Shown here: positions 44,170 through 54,754 of the stretch, in pieces
Layout: every line of letters begins with the position of its first letter
How positions within the stretch are numbered: position 1 is the stretch's first letter
DNA from: an uncultured Lentimicrobiaceae bacterium
GTDB taxonomy: Bacteria; Bacteroidota; Bacteroidia; Bacteroidales; CAZZLL01
Reading direction: 5' to 3'
DNA: 64,000 nt
Assembly: GCA_964654725.1 (NCBI GenBank)
Contig: CAZZLL010000006.1
Location: 4,641 to 68,640 of the forward strand
The notes under the pieces: model-generated
Told to the model about the DNA's origin: nothing
Seen by the model: the letters and a program-made list of their open reading frames with translations, nothing else
Database searches by the model: none
Translations under genes and position numbers: made by a program

Positions 44170-44194
44170 TTTTAACCCTGAAACGCACAGAATT

Positions 44195-44959
44195 ATGAAA
44201 AAACAAATTGTTGCCGCTAACTGGAAAATGAATAATACATTTGATGAAGCTGAAGAACTCTTGCATAACTTGCTGGAAGAATTACAGGAAAAGAAACCTG
44301 AGAAAACAGATGTTATCATTTGTCCTCCATACCTTTATCTGGAACTTGCCACAGATTTTGCTGAAGAAAGTTTCTTTAGCGTTGGAGCCCAGAATATCAG
44401 TCATGAGGGCAAAGGTGCCTATACAGGTGAAGTTTCTGCCCCCATGTTGACTAGCATGGAAGTTGAATACTGCATTGTTGGCCACTCTGAGCGAAGGAGG
44501 TATTTTCAGGAAGATAATGTTTTGGTAGGTAAAAAAGTGAAAAAAGCTTTAGAAAACGGCATCAAACCTATTTTCTGTTGCGGAGAACTTCTGCCGGAGC
44601 GGGAGGCAGGGAATCACATGGCTATTGTGGAGGAACAGGTAAGGGAATCCTTGTTCTCACTTGATGAAGAGGATTTTAAGAAAACCATTATTGCCTATGA
44701 ACCGGTTTGGGCAATAGGTACGGGTAAAAATGCCACTCCTGAACAGGCTCAGGAAATGCATGCTTTTCTTCGGGCATTGGTTGCCGGGAAATATGGTGAT
44801 GCTGTTGCAGGAGCAACCGTAATTCTTTACGGCGGTAGCTGCAATGCGAAAAATGCAAAGGAGCTTTTTGCCCAAAAAGATGTGGATGGTGGCCTTATCG
44901 GTGGTGCCAGCTTAAACGCGAAAGATTTTATCACCATCGTGCATTCCTTTCCGAAATAA
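44195..44959 (+). CDS. tpiA: Triosephosphate isomerase
   Basis: 254 aa. Contains VAANWKMN, GAYTGEVS, VGHSERR, AYEPVWAIGTG and GGASL. Confidence 0.93.
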   Translation: MKKQIVAANWKMNNTFDEAEELLHNLLEELQEKKPEKTDVIICPPYLYLELATDFAEESFFSVGAQNISHEGKGAYTGEVSAPMLTSMEVEYCIVGHSERRRYFQEDNVLVGKKVKKALENGIKPIFCCGELLPEREAGNHMAIVEEQVRESLFSLDEEDFKKTIIAYEPVWAIGTGKNATPEQAQEMHAFLRALVAGKYGDAVAGATVILYGGSCNAKNAKELFAQKDVDGGLIGGASLNAKDFITIVHSFPK

Positions 44960-44966
44960 TCAGGAT

Positions 44967-45797
44967 ATGGATTACTTTGAGATTGCATGTAGCCGTATTA
45001 AAGATCATAATGTCAGGGAGATGCTTATTGCCAAACTTTCTGATATCGGGTATGAAAGTTTTGTTGATACGAAGAAGGGTTTTTTGGCGTATATCCCGGA
45101 AAGCTTTTATTGCGAAGAACATCTGAGGGAGTTAAAATCCTTGCCGGTATTTCAGAATATTGGTATTGACCTGAAAAAAATACCCGAAGAAAATTGGAAT
45201 GCCCTCTGGGAAGAAAATTTTCAGGCGGTAATTGTTGAAGACCTGTGCCTTATCAGGGCCGGCTTTCATGAAATCCGAAGACCAGACCTTACAGAAATTA
45301 TCATTGAACCCAAAGTGTCTTTTGGTCCCGGACATCATGCCACAACGCGCATGATGGTCAGGCATCTTTTTGAAACGGAGATAAAGGGAAGGCATGTACT
45401 TGACCTGGGTTGCGGAACTGGAATTTTGGCAATACTTGCTGAAAAACTTGGAGCTGAAAGTGTTGTTGCCGTTGATATTGAAGAATGGGCCTATGCCAAC
45501 ACCATGGAGAATATTAAACGAAATGGCGCAACGAAAATCCGGGCAGAACACGGAGATATTAATAGTGTAAAAGAAATGACATTTGATATTATCCTTGCGA
45601 ATATACATAAAAATGTACTTTTGGAGTATGCTGCTGATTTGAAAAACATGAGTGCGAAAAAGGGAGTTGTTGTGCTAAGTGGGTTTTATGCAAAAGATGA
45701 AGCTGAGATCAGGCTAAAATATGAAAACCAAAACTTTGAATTCCTTAAATCATTGAGTGCGAATAATTGGCATAGCATGGCCTTGATTAATCAATAG
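44967..45797 (+). CDS. prmA: Ribosomal protein L11 methyltransferase
   Basis: 276 aa. Contains FGPGHHATTRMM, the SAM-binding motif VLDLGCGTGILAI, and ANI. Confidence 0.88.
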   Translation: MDYFEIACSRIKDHNVREMLIAKLSDIGYESFVDTKKGFLAYIPESFYCEEHLRELKSLPVFQNIGIDLKKIPEENWNALWEENFQAVIVEDLCLIRAGFHEIRRPDLTEIIIEPKVSFGPGHHATTRMMVRHLFETEIKGRHVLDLGCGTGILAILAEKLGAESVVAVDIEEWAYANTMENIKRNGATKIRAEHGDINSVKEMTFDIILANIHKNVLLEYAADLKNMSAKKGVVVLSGFYAKDEAEIRLKYENQNFEFLKSLSANNWHSMALINQ

Positions 45798-45812
45798 AAA
45801 CCAATCCTGTAT

Positions 45813-48800
45813 ATGAAATACCTGTTTATTAGTTTATTTCTTATGGCTGTAATATTTCTTCTCCCTGAATATTCCAGGGCGCAGCAAATAAAGAAATTTT
45901 CGGAGGATACTGTTAAGTTTATCGAAGAATTAGGTGAATATTTTGACAATGTGAATCAACGGGATAAGAAAGATGCCGAGTTTATGATGGAAAACTTTAC
46001 CCTTGCCTGGCGTCAGAAAAAATTTTCTCCAACACAGCAAGTGATGATTTACCAGGTGTCAAATGCTATGCTGAGTAAGCGAATGCGCGCCATACCTCAT
46101 TTTTATGATTTTCTGAATGCCCTGTTGTCTTTTACAAAGAGTTCGCAGGATGATGCAAGTTTTATGGCCTGGATCAACAGCCTTCATGCCCTGATTGACA
46201 AATCTTCCAGTAAGTATTTCCTGGATTATGTTACTCAGACTATTCACCTCCTGAATAAGAACCATATTTATGAATCCAGGGCTACAATTTGGGCCACAGA
46301 TAATGAGAATTATCGTTTTGAGTTTATTGATAATACTATTCGGATAAGCTTTCCTTCCTTAACGCTGAGTTGCTATGCCAATGATGACAGTGCCGTAATT
46401 TTAAATACCAAAGGAGTTTATGATCCTTTAGCGTACAAATGGCAAGGTGAAGGGGGGCGTGTGTTATGGAACAGGGCAGGCTTTGCTCACGATGAAGTTT
46501 ATGCCGACCTTTCCTCCTATGAAATATTTATGAAATATTCTAAATATACGGCAGATTCGGTTGTGTTTGTGAATACTAAATATTTCAATAAACCCATGCT
46601 GGGTTACCTTGAAGAAAAGGTCCTGGCGGATGTAACACCGGAAAGGGCCAGCTATCCGAATTTCTCATCTTATGATAAGCGGACCCGTATCAGCAATCTT
46701 TTTGAAAACATTGATTATGAAGGGGGATTTGAAATGAAAGGAGCCCGCTTCCTTGGCTCTGGCGGGGAGAATAGGGATGCCTATATATATATTACAAAAG
46801 ATGGCCAGGATTTTATTAAGATCTCAGCAAAAAATTATACCATACGTACTGACAGGTTAGCTTCCAGTTTTGCTGCTGTTTCCATCTTCTTTGAAGGGGA
46901 TTCAATTTTTCACCCCGGACTGCAAATGAAATATATGGATGAGAACAAGGAACTGACCCTTACACGTGAACAGGAGGGCATGTCAGCCAGTCCTTTCTTT
47001 AACTCTTACCATAAAGTGGATATGTATTGTGAACAAATGATCTGGGATCTGAATAAATTTGAGATCAATTTTCAAATGATTCGGGGAGTTGGTACCGAGG
47101 GAAGGGCTGTGTTTGAATCAGAGGATTATTATACGGATTACAAATATTATCGATTGCAGGGTATGGATGAGCAGCATCCCCTACATGTTATCAGGAGTTT
47201 TAGCCAGAGATTTAATACAAAGGAAATTGAAATCGGCAAACTGGTCCGCTATTGGAATACAAACAAAGGCCAGGCCGATCCTATCCTCATAAACCTGTCA
47301 ATCATGGGTTTTATCCTCTATGACTATGATGATGGAATGATATATGTTAAAGATCGCCTGTTTAATTATATCAATGCAAAAAACGGAAAACGGGATTATG
47401 ATGTTATACAGTTTGAATCCGTAATCTCTGCCGAAGCCAATGCCACCCTGAGTCTTATAGATTTTGACCTGTTGCTGCGTGGCGTCGGACGGGTTTACCT
47501 TTCTGATTCACAATTGGTGTATATATATCCAACCAATCAGGAAATTACCTTGAAGAAAAACCGGGATTTCACCTTTGATGGTACTATCCATGCCGGTTTA
47601 TTTGATTTTTTCGGTCATGAATGCTCTTTTGAATATGACAAGTATAAGCTGAACCTTCCGGCTATTGACTCCATGAGTTTTCTGGTGAGGAGCTTCCGAC
47701 CTGATAAATACGGGAAATATTCCTTAAAGCGCGTGAAAACTGTTTTGTCAGACTTAAGTGGAGACATCCTGATTGATCATCCGGATAATAAGTCAGGTTT
47801 GAAACAGCGCCACGAATATCCCATATTTAACAGTAAAAAGGATTGCTATGTATATTATGATAAGAAAACAATACAAAAAGGAGTATATGACCGGGACAGG
47901 TTTTATTTCCATGTTTTCCCGTTTACCATCGACAGCTTGGTTAGGTTCACCACGGAGGGTCTTGAATTTAACGGATACCTGACTTCTGCGGATATTTTTC
48001 CGGATATTGAGGAGCCACTGACTGTGCGTCCTGACTATTCCCTGGGGTTTGTTCATAATACTTCTGTTTCCGGCCTCCCCATGTATAACGGAAAAGGACA
48101 GTTCAAAAAAACTGTTGATCTCAGCCATTATGGATTGCGCGGAGACGGATACCTGGATTATCTTTCATCGAAAGCGACTTCCAACGACTTTTATTTTTTT
48201 CCGGATTCCACCAATGCTATTGCCCAGGAATTTGTGATAGAGGAACAACTGGGGGCTACACAATATCCTGATGTAGATGCCAGGGAGGTGTATATTCATT
48301 GGGAGCCTTATAAAGATAATATGTTGATAAAAAAAATCGACAATCCCATTACGATGTATAAGCATGAGGTTGACCTGAATGGGTGGCTCTCATTAACACC
48401 GGCTTCCTTAACAGGTGATGGCACCCTGGATTTTGAAGATGCAAAAATGAATTCTGATCTCTTTCTTTTCAGGCAGCATGAAATTGATGCAGATACAGCT
48501 GATTTCAGGCTGAAGGCATATGAACTGGAAGATTTTGCTTTCTCAACAAAGAACTATAAGTCTCATATAGACTTTGACGAAAGAAAAGGAGTGTTTAAAT
48601 CGAATGGGGGCGGATCCCTGGTTGAGTTTCCGGTAAATATGTATGTATGCTTTATGGATGAGTTTGAGTGGTTTATGGATGAAGAAGAAATTGCACTGAC
48701 AAGTCGTCCGGATCCCAATGTGCCAAACACAGACAATTTGAACCTAAAAGAATTAGTGGATATTGAACTGGGAGGATCGGAATTTATTTCCGTGCACCCT

Positions 48801-50336
48801 GCACAAGATTCCCTGAGGTTTTTTACCACAAAAGGTAAGTTCAGTTTAAGGGATAATATCATAAAGGCAGAAGACGTGAAACTTATACGTGTTGCAGATG
48901 CTGCTATTTATCCCTTCGAAGGGGATGTGACCATTTACAAAAAGGCAGAGATGGAAACCCTTAAAAAAGCTAAAATTCTGGCAAATACTACAACGAAATT
49001 CCATACCATATATGATGCTGTTATTAATGTTCATGGTCGCTTCAACTATTCCGGTATGGGAAATTATGATTATGTGGATATAAACAGCAATTCCCAGCAG
49101 ATCTATCTTGATAAAATACGTGTAGATACTACTGGTCAAACCTATGGTACCGGAAATATCAAGGAAGAACAATCCTTTACCCTGAATCCGTATTTTGAGT
49201 ATACCGGTGATGTTACCCTTCTTGCAAACAATGAGTTTCTTACGTTCAGTGGCGGAACCCGGATCAGTCATGATTGTGATACCCTGCCCCGTTTCCAGGT
49301 AAAATTCGAGACAGAGATTAATCCGGAGGAAGTATTAATTCCTGTTAATACTCCACTAAAAGATATCAAGGGAAACAAACTGGAAGCAGGCATTATGTTC
49401 TCGCACACACAGAATGATATTTATCCTGCATTTCTTTCGGTTGTAAATAAATACAGTGATACAAAAATGGTTGGTGCCGAAGGATACCTGACTTTTGAAG
49501 ATGTTAGCAGGGAATACAGGATATCCTCAAAGGAAAAATTATTTGAGATGAGTCTGCCCGGAAATTTTCTCAGTTTGAGCCAGAGAAATTGTATGACATA
49601 TGGTGAAGGTAAGCTGGATATGGGAGCAAACCTGGGCCAGGTGAACATGCAATCGTTTGGGAATATTAAACACTGGATGGCTGTTGATTCCACACGTATC
49701 AATATGGTGATGTTAGTTGACTTCTATTTCGAAGAGCAGGCCCTGTCCCTGTTTGCAGAAACCATGGTAGGATATTTATTGCCGGCAGCTGAACTAACAG
49801 ATGATTTGTTCTCTAAAACCCTGGCAGAATTGCTTGGGCAGGAAGATGCTGATGAAGCGCTTTCAGATCTCAATATGTACGGGTTTATCAGGGAAAAGAA
49901 AATTTCCAAACAATTGCAGCATACCCTTTTCTTAACAGATGTAAACCTTTACTGGAGCGATATCACCCAATCCTTCATCTCTGATGGCCCTATTGGTATT
50001 GTTAATATAGGCGAATCAGAAATCAATAAATATGTGGAAGGTAAAATAGAGATCGCGAAAAAACGTAGTGGAGATGTGATTACGGTTTACCTGGAACCTG
50101 ATGAAACAGAATGGTACTTCTTTAGCTATTCCCGTGGTTTAATGCAGGCTTTTTCTTCTAATAAAGAGTTTAATACCTTTATTTTAGACCAGAAACCCGA
50201 AAAAAGAAGGATGGATGTAAAATCAGGGGAACCTCCATACCGCTATAGTTTGTCAACAGAACGAAAGAGAAGGTATTTCCTGAGAAAGTTTGAAAACACT
50301 GAACCTGAGCCGGAAGAAAAAGATGATGACTATTAA
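45813..50336 (+). CDS. Very large (1507 aa) secreted protein of unknown function
   Basis: A single uninterrupted ORF begins 15 nt after prmA. Signal peptide is MKYLFISLFLMAVIFLLPEYSRAQ. I recognise no catalytic or repeat motif. The C-terminal ~70 aa are basic and then acidic (KRRMDVKSGEPPYRYSLSTERKRRYFLRKFENTEPEPEEKDDDY). Confidence 0.7.
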   Translation: MKYLFISLFLMAVIFLLPEYSRAQQIKKFSEDTVKFIEELGEYFDNVNQRDKKDAEFMMENFTLAWRQKKFSPTQQVMIYQVSNAMLSKRMRAIPHFYDFLNALLSFTKSSQDDASFMAWINSLHALIDKSSSKYFLDYVTQTIHLLNKNHIYESRATIWATDNENYRFEFIDNTIRISFPSLTLSCYANDDSAVILNTKGVYDPLAYKWQGEGGRVLWNRAGFAHDEVYADLSSYEIFMKYSKYTADSVVFVNTKYFNKPMLGYLEEKVLADVTPERASYPNFSSYDKRTRISNLFENIDYEGGFEMKGARFLGSGGENRDAYIYITKDGQDFIKISAKNYTIRTDRLASSFAAVSIFFEGDSIFHPGLQMKYMDENKELTLTREQEGMSASPFFNSYHKVDMYCEQMIWDLNKFEINFQMIRGVGTEGRAVFESEDYYTDYKYYRLQGMDEQHPLHVIRSFSQRFNTKEIEIGKLVRYWNTNKGQADPILINLSIMGFILYDYDDGMIYVKDRLFNYINAKNGKRDYDVIQFESVISAEANATLSLIDFDLLLRGVGRVYLSDSQLVYIYPTNQEITLKKNRDFTFDGTIHAGLFDFFGHECSFEYDKYKLNLPAIDSMSFLVRSFRPDKYGKYSLKRVKTVLSDLSGDILIDHPDNKSGLKQRHEYPIFNSKKDCYVYYDKKTIQKGVYDRDRFYFHVFPFTIDSLVRFTTEGLEFNGYLTSADIFPDIEEPLTVRPDYSLGFVHNTSVSGLPMYNGKGQFKKTVDLSHYGLRGDGYLDYLSSKATSNDFYFFPDSTNAIAQEFVIEEQLGATQYPDVDAREVYIHWEPYKDNMLIKKIDNPITMYKHEVDLNGWLSLTPASLTGDGTLDFEDAKMNSDLFLFRQHEIDADTADFRLKAYELEDFAFSTKNYKSHIDFDERKGVFKSNGGGSLVEFPVNMYVCFMDEFEWFMDEEEIALTSRPDPNVPNTDNLNLKELVDIELGGSEFISVHPAQDSLRFFTTKGKFSLRDNIIKAEDVKLIRVADAAIYPFEGDVTIYKKAEMETLKKAKILANTTTKFHTIYDAVINVHGRFNYSGMGNYDYVDINSNSQQIYLDKIRVDTTGQTYGTGNIKEEQSFTLNPYFEYTGDVTLLANNEFLTFSGGTRISHDCDTLPRFQVKFETEINPEEVLIPVNTPLKDIKGNKLEAGIMFSHTQNDIYPAFLSVVNKYSDTKMVGAEGYLTFEDVSREYRISSKEKLFEMSLPGNFLSLSQRNCMTYGEGKLDMGANLGQVNMQSFGNIKHWMAVDSTRINMVMLVDFYFEEQALSLFAETMVGYLLPAAELTDDLFSKTLAELLGQEDADEALSDLNMYGFIREKKISKQLQHTLFLTDVNLYWSDITQSFISDGPIGIVNIGESEINKYVEGKIEIAKKRSGDVITVYLEPDETEWYFFSYSRGLMQAFSSNKEFNTFILDQKPEKRRMDVKSGEPPYRYSLSTERKRRYFLRKFENTEPEPEEKDDDY

Positions 50337-50396
50337 GATTTGTCTGTATCTTCCTTATGACTAAATTTGCAGCATTGGATTATACCCGTCAATTAT

Positions 50397-51023
50397 ATGC
50401 TAATTAAGGTTGTATTTGTTTTAATAGCCTATTTAATAGGATCTCTTTCAAGTTCGGTCATTATCGGAAGAATGGTCTACGGTATTGATATTCGTAGCAA
50501 AGGAAGCGGAAATGCAGGTGCTACAAATACGTTTCGCCTGCTGGGGCCCAGGATCGGAATTATTGTCTTGTTGTTCGATATTCTAAAAGGGTTTGTAGCC
50601 GTAAACCTGGCAGAATTTGTTTCAACAGAGACGATGAATGCTGAGCAAATATTATTTTACCAGCTCATATTGGCCCTGGCGGTTGTATGCGGTCATGTAT
50701 TTCCTGTGTTCACCGGATTTAAAGGAGGTAAAGGAGTAGCAACCCTCCTGGGTGTTTGTATTGCATTGACTCCGCTTTCATTGTTGTTTAGTGTTATGAT
50801 TTTTATCATTGTTTTTTCTTTTACTCAATATGTATCCCTTGGTTCCATGTTAGGTGCATTTTGCCTTCCTCTTGCTTATTTCTTCCTTCATGATGCAAAC
50901 TTACTTCCATTGATCATCTTTACAATTGCTGTAGCTGTTTTTATTCCGCTAACACATCGCAAAAATATTTATCGCCTGGTAAATGGAGAAGAAAAAAAGT
51001 TAAGGCTAAAAAAAGGGGGCTAA
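50397..51023 (+). CDS. plsY: Glycerol-3-phosphate acyltransferase PlsY
   Basis: I moved the start to ATG 50397 (MLIKVVFVLIAYLIGSL). Contains GSGNAGATN and FKGGKGVAT. Confidence 0.88.
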   Translation: MLIKVVFVLIAYLIGSLSSSVIIGRMVYGIDIRSKGSGNAGATNTFRLLGPRIGIIVLLFDILKGFVAVNLAEFVSTETMNAEQILFYQLILALAVVCGHVFPVFTGFKGGKGVATLLGVCIALTPLSLLFSVMIFIIVFSFTQYVSLGSMLGAFCLPLAYFFLHDANLLPLIIFTIAVAVFIPLTHRKNIYRLVNGEEKKLRLKKGG

Positions 51024-51294
51024 GCTTTTAGGTGTTTAATGTATTGTATATTAGATTTTTTGTGTTGAGTCCGGTATAGTTATCAACAGAAAAAACTTAA
51101 TAAACCTGTCTTTTTTCGTCATTTTCTCCAAATTTCTGCTAAATTTTCTATAAAACCGTCTAAATAAAGCGATGGTGTTAATAAGATTGTTTGTAATCCC
51201 ACGGGGCTCCATCCTGATGTCCTCTATATACCATATAAATTAGCAAATAGCAGACAGGAGGTTTGCGGAAATTTCAATTTACAAAATCAGGATT

Positions 51295-53988
51295 ATGAGA
51301 CACATATATTTTCAGATGATCACATGTAGCTTTTTAAGTACTATTTTTTTTGCATTGCTGATGCTTACCGGTTTTTCGGTGCAGGCAGATGGCATAAAAG
51401 ATCAGCCTGATGAAAAATCCGAAGAAAATGTTAATGTCGGGAAAAAGGAATTCAAAGAAGCTATAAAGTATTTTTATGCCGGCAAATACGACAAGGCATA
51501 CCCGCTTTTTGATGCCCTGGTTAAAAGCGACAAGGACAATTCAAATCTGAACTTTTATTTGGGTGTGTGTATTCTGAATACGACAAAAAATGTTTCTACT
51601 GCCAAACCTTATTTTGAAATTGCTATTAGAAAAACTACAGTTGATTACTACCCTAAATACAAAGAAGAAAGGGCACCGGCTTTTGCCTATTATTACCTGG
51701 GTATAATATATCACTTTGAATATGAATTTAATAAAGCGATTACGTATCTGAGGAAATTCAGATCGGCAGTGCCCTATGAACAGCGTGAACTTCGGGCAGA
51801 TGTTGACAGGAGAATGAATATGGCAAAAGATGCCAAAAAGCTGGTGAAAAAGCCAGTAGAAAATATTGATATAGCAGCCTTTCCCGGAATAAATAGTGCA
51901 TTTAATGATTTCGGTGCCATGGTCGATGATAATGAAACCCTTATGTTTTTTACGTCCAGAAGATACAGGATGGCAAAAAATGAAGAGGATTTACTCTCTC
52001 ATTCGAAAGACCTGATGTTTACAACCTGGGAGAATGATATCAAAATGCCTAAAGTTAGCAAGGCGAATGATGAATACAAAAGCAGTGTTTTCTTTATGGC
52101 GAAAGAAGGTGGAAACTGGTCTTTTCCGAAATATTTTGAAACAATAAACAATGCTGATGCAAACAATGTATTTGGTTGTCTTTCCTTCGACGGAAAGTAT
52201 CTCTTCTATAGTTCAGATGTAAAGGGGAATCAGGATATTTATTATTGCGAATCGGTTGGCATCAATCAGTGGACAGCTCCTAAAGCCCTGGGATCCAATC
52301 TAAATTCTACTTCCAATGAAACCAATGCCTGCCTGAGTCCTGATGGAAATACACTTTATTTTGTAAGCGACCGCAAAGACGGCTATGGTGGGAAAGATAT
52401 TTACTACAGCAATAAACTGGAAGATGGCACTTGGGGAAAGGCAGTCAATCTGGGAAGAAGGGTAAATACTAAAGAAGATGAGGAAAGCCCGTTTATAACT
52501 GAAGATGGCAATATGCTTTATTTTAGTTCAAAAGGGCATAGCAGCATGGGAGGCTATGATGTGTTTTATACGAAGTCTGTAGGGAATAAGTATTATAATA
52601 AATTTATTTCAAATAACTGGGGAAGACCTGAGAATATTGGTTATCCAATCAATACCGTGTATGATGATTTAAGCTATAAAGTTTTCAATAAGGACAGGAT
52701 TACCCTGTTTACTTCTGCGAATAAGGAAGGTGCCCGTCAAATGGACATTTACATGGTGAGTTATAAAGAACAGGTGGTGGATACGCAAGATGTTACTTAT
52801 GCAAAGGTGACCATTGAAGAGAAGAAAGAAGAGCTTATTCCTGATACAAAAATCGTTCAGGATGAACCGGAAAAGAAAATAATAACCGAGGAGCCAAAAC
52901 AGGAGGAGAAAACCTATGTGGAAGAAAAACCTGTCAAGCCCGGGATTATTGAAAAAGAGCCTGTGAAGAAGGTTATTCAGGATCCTTTTGTTAGCGGATT
53001 GTATACTATTGTTCTGGGTGAGGCAGACTACCCGGAAGGTTATTTTGATGGTGTTCCGGGTATAAAGTATTATCAGAATGAAGAAGGGAAGAAAAGGTAT
53101 TATGTGGGCGAATATACTGAGCTAAAAGATGCTGAGGCATATAAAAGGCAGCTCTGGGCTATCGGGTATACCAGTGCATATGTAACCTCAATTGATGGCG
53201 GGGCTGTGACAGGGAAATTAATTACTACCACTACTGTTGAGCAGAAAAAGAAGGAGCAACCGGTTGAGAAGGATTATACCCAGAAGAAGATCATTGAACC
53301 CGAAGAAAAAGTGGCAGAAATGAAAGAACAGGAACCTGATGTTTTTGCGAAAGAACCTGTAGAGGGGAAAACAAAACCCTACACAAAACAGATTCATTCG
53401 GGAGTAAAGCTATACACGGTTCAGGTGGGGGCTGGGAATATGGATATGGATTATTTTAATGAATTAAGCGGTGTTAAGACTTTCATTGGCAGTGATGGCG
53501 TGAAAAGATATACCGTTGGCGAATACACTTCTGTTATGGATGCCGAGTCCAGACGCAGGGAAATCAAAGCTAAAGGATATAAGGCATGGGTCAGGGAAAT
53601 GGAGAAGGAAATCGTTGTTGTTAAGAAGACTCCTGCACAAAAGGAAACACCGAAAGAAACAGATATGCCTCCCGCAGATACTGATTATCAATTGGTTGAT
53701 AAATATCCATGCCGGGACTATGATAACAATGTTTATTATGAAAAATATACTATCCAGATAGGCGCCGGAAATATGCGGTATGAGTACTTCAATAAGATTG
53801 ATAATGTTGTGATTTGCGAAGGATTGCATGGTTTGAAGCGGTTCGTAGTGGGAGAGTTTGACAATCTTTCTTCCGCACGTCTTTACCGCATGGATTTGGT
53901 TCAGCTTGGCTACCGCGATGCCTGGATACCAAGTTTAAAGGATCACCTGTGTAATTGCTATAAAATGTCTGATGTTTATCAGCACTAA
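51295..53988 (+). CDS. Paralog 2 of the TPR + PD40/TolB-like repeat family, with 3 SPOR-like domains
   Basis: 897 aa with a signal peptide. TPR block includes DKDNSNLNFYLGVCILN. There are 4 PD40-type repeats (LSFDGKYLFYSSDVKGNQDIYY; LSPDGNTLYFVSDRKDGYGGKDIYY; ITEDGNMLYFSSKGHSSMGGYDVFY). PENIGYPINTVYDD is present, then K/E/P-rich linkers. Three modules of about 65 aa follow (LYTVQVGAGNMDMDYFNELSGVKTFIGSDGVKRYTVGEYTSVMDAESRRREIKAKGYKAWV and two relatives). Confidence 0.75.
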   Translation: MRHIYFQMITCSFLSTIFFALLMLTGFSVQADGIKDQPDEKSEENVNVGKKEFKEAIKYFYAGKYDKAYPLFDALVKSDKDNSNLNFYLGVCILNTTKNVSTAKPYFEIAIRKTTVDYYPKYKEERAPAFAYYYLGIIYHFEYEFNKAITYLRKFRSAVPYEQRELRADVDRRMNMAKDAKKLVKKPVENIDIAAFPGINSAFNDFGAMVDDNETLMFFTSRRYRMAKNEEDLLSHSKDLMFTTWENDIKMPKVSKANDEYKSSVFFMAKEGGNWSFPKYFETINNADANNVFGCLSFDGKYLFYSSDVKGNQDIYYCESVGINQWTAPKALGSNLNSTSNETNACLSPDGNTLYFVSDRKDGYGGKDIYYSNKLEDGTWGKAVNLGRRVNTKEDEESPFITEDGNMLYFSSKGHSSMGGYDVFYTKSVGNKYYNKFISNNWGRPENIGYPINTVYDDLSYKVFNKDRITLFTSANKEGARQMDIYMVSYKEQVVDTQDVTYAKVTIEEKKEELIPDTKIVQDEPEKKIITEEPKQEEKTYVEEKPVKPGIIEKEPVKKVIQDPFVSGLYTIVLGEADYPEGYFDGVPGIKYYQNEEGKKRYYVGEYTELKDAEAYKRQLWAIGYTSAYVTSIDGGAVTGKLITTTTVEQKKKEQPVEKDYTQKKIIEPEEKVAEMKEQEPDVFAKEPVEGKTKPYTKQIHSGVKLYTVQVGAGNMDMDYFNELSGVKTFIGSDGVKRYTVGEYTSVMDAESRRREIKAKGYKAWVREMEKEIVVVKKTPAQKETPKETDMPPADTDYQLVDKYPCRDYDNNVYYEKYTIQIGAGNMRYEYFNKIDNVVICEGLHGLKRFVVGEFDNLSSARLYRMDLVQLGYRDAWIPSLKDHLCNCYKMSDVYQH

Positions 53989-54240
53989 GAAATAAATGCG
54001 TTTTTCTGCTTATAGGTTCGCTTTTTGCAGGTGTAAAAACGATACTTTCTTAAAAAAACAAGCGTACAAACATTTCAGCCTGTTAAAATAGGAATGTTAG
54101 TATGTTATTGATTATTAGTTATTAACACTGTGTCCCAATTTCTTTAAGACAAGCTTTTGGAGTCCTGATTTATTCTCAGGACTTATTAAATCTTATCCAT
54201 ATATACTTTTGATCAACGTTAACCTAAAAATCAAGCAATA

Positions 54241-54753
54241 ATGAAAAACTCAGTTCTTTTTAGCGAAGTTCAAAAGCAAACTCAAAAATGGATTTGGTTT
54301 GTTCTGATTATCCTTTTATTAACAACTTTAGTCGGAGCAATCCAACAAGTTATCTTCAACAAAGGCTTTGGGCCTAATCCAATCCCTGATTGGGGTTTCC
54401 TGGTAATAGGAGGCGTATTGCTGGCCTTACTGTATGTGTTGGTTAAAACAAAGCTTTATACTGAAATAAGTCCTGATGGAATTCTTTTCCTTTACAAACC
54501 CTTTTTTAGGAAACCAAGGCTTATTAGCTGGGATCATATTAGAAATTGTTATGTAAGGCTTTATGCTCCAATGAAGGAATACGGTGGCTGGGGTTTACGG
54601 ACAGCATTTACCGGTAATAACGGTAAAGCATATAATGTTACAGGAAATATTGGCATACAGCTAGAATTGACAAGCGGTGAGAAAATCCTTATTGGCACAC
54701 AAAAGGCTAAAGAAGCTGAAGCTGCCCTCGAAACACTGAAAAAGGAGAAGTAA
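54241..54753 (+). CDS. Small membrane protein (2 TM helices plus a soluble domain of about 90 aa), unknown function
   Basis: 170 aa. Two hydrophobic helices are visible (WIWFVLIILLLTTLVGAI; GFLVIGGVLLALLYVLV). The C-terminal domain is YTEISPDGILFLYKPFF....ISWDHI.... The stop is 1 nt before the next ATG. Confidence 0.55.
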   Translation: MKNSVLFSEVQKQTQKWIWFVLIILLLTTLVGAIQQVIFNKGFGPNPIPDWGFLVIGGVLLALLYVLVKTKLYTEISPDGILFLYKPFFRKPRLISWDHIRNCYVRLYAPMKEYGGWGLRTAFTGNNGKAYNVTGNIGIQLELTSGEKILIGTQKAKEAEAALETLKKEK

Positions 54754-54754
54754 G

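Noticed and set aside
54161-54183. Perfect 8-bp hairpin AGTCCTGA-N7-TCAGGACT in the gap after paralog 2
   Set aside because: It lies about 170 nt after the stop and has no following T-run, so it is not a convincing intrinsic terminator. It could be regulatory, but a single short stem in AT-rich DNA is weak evidence.
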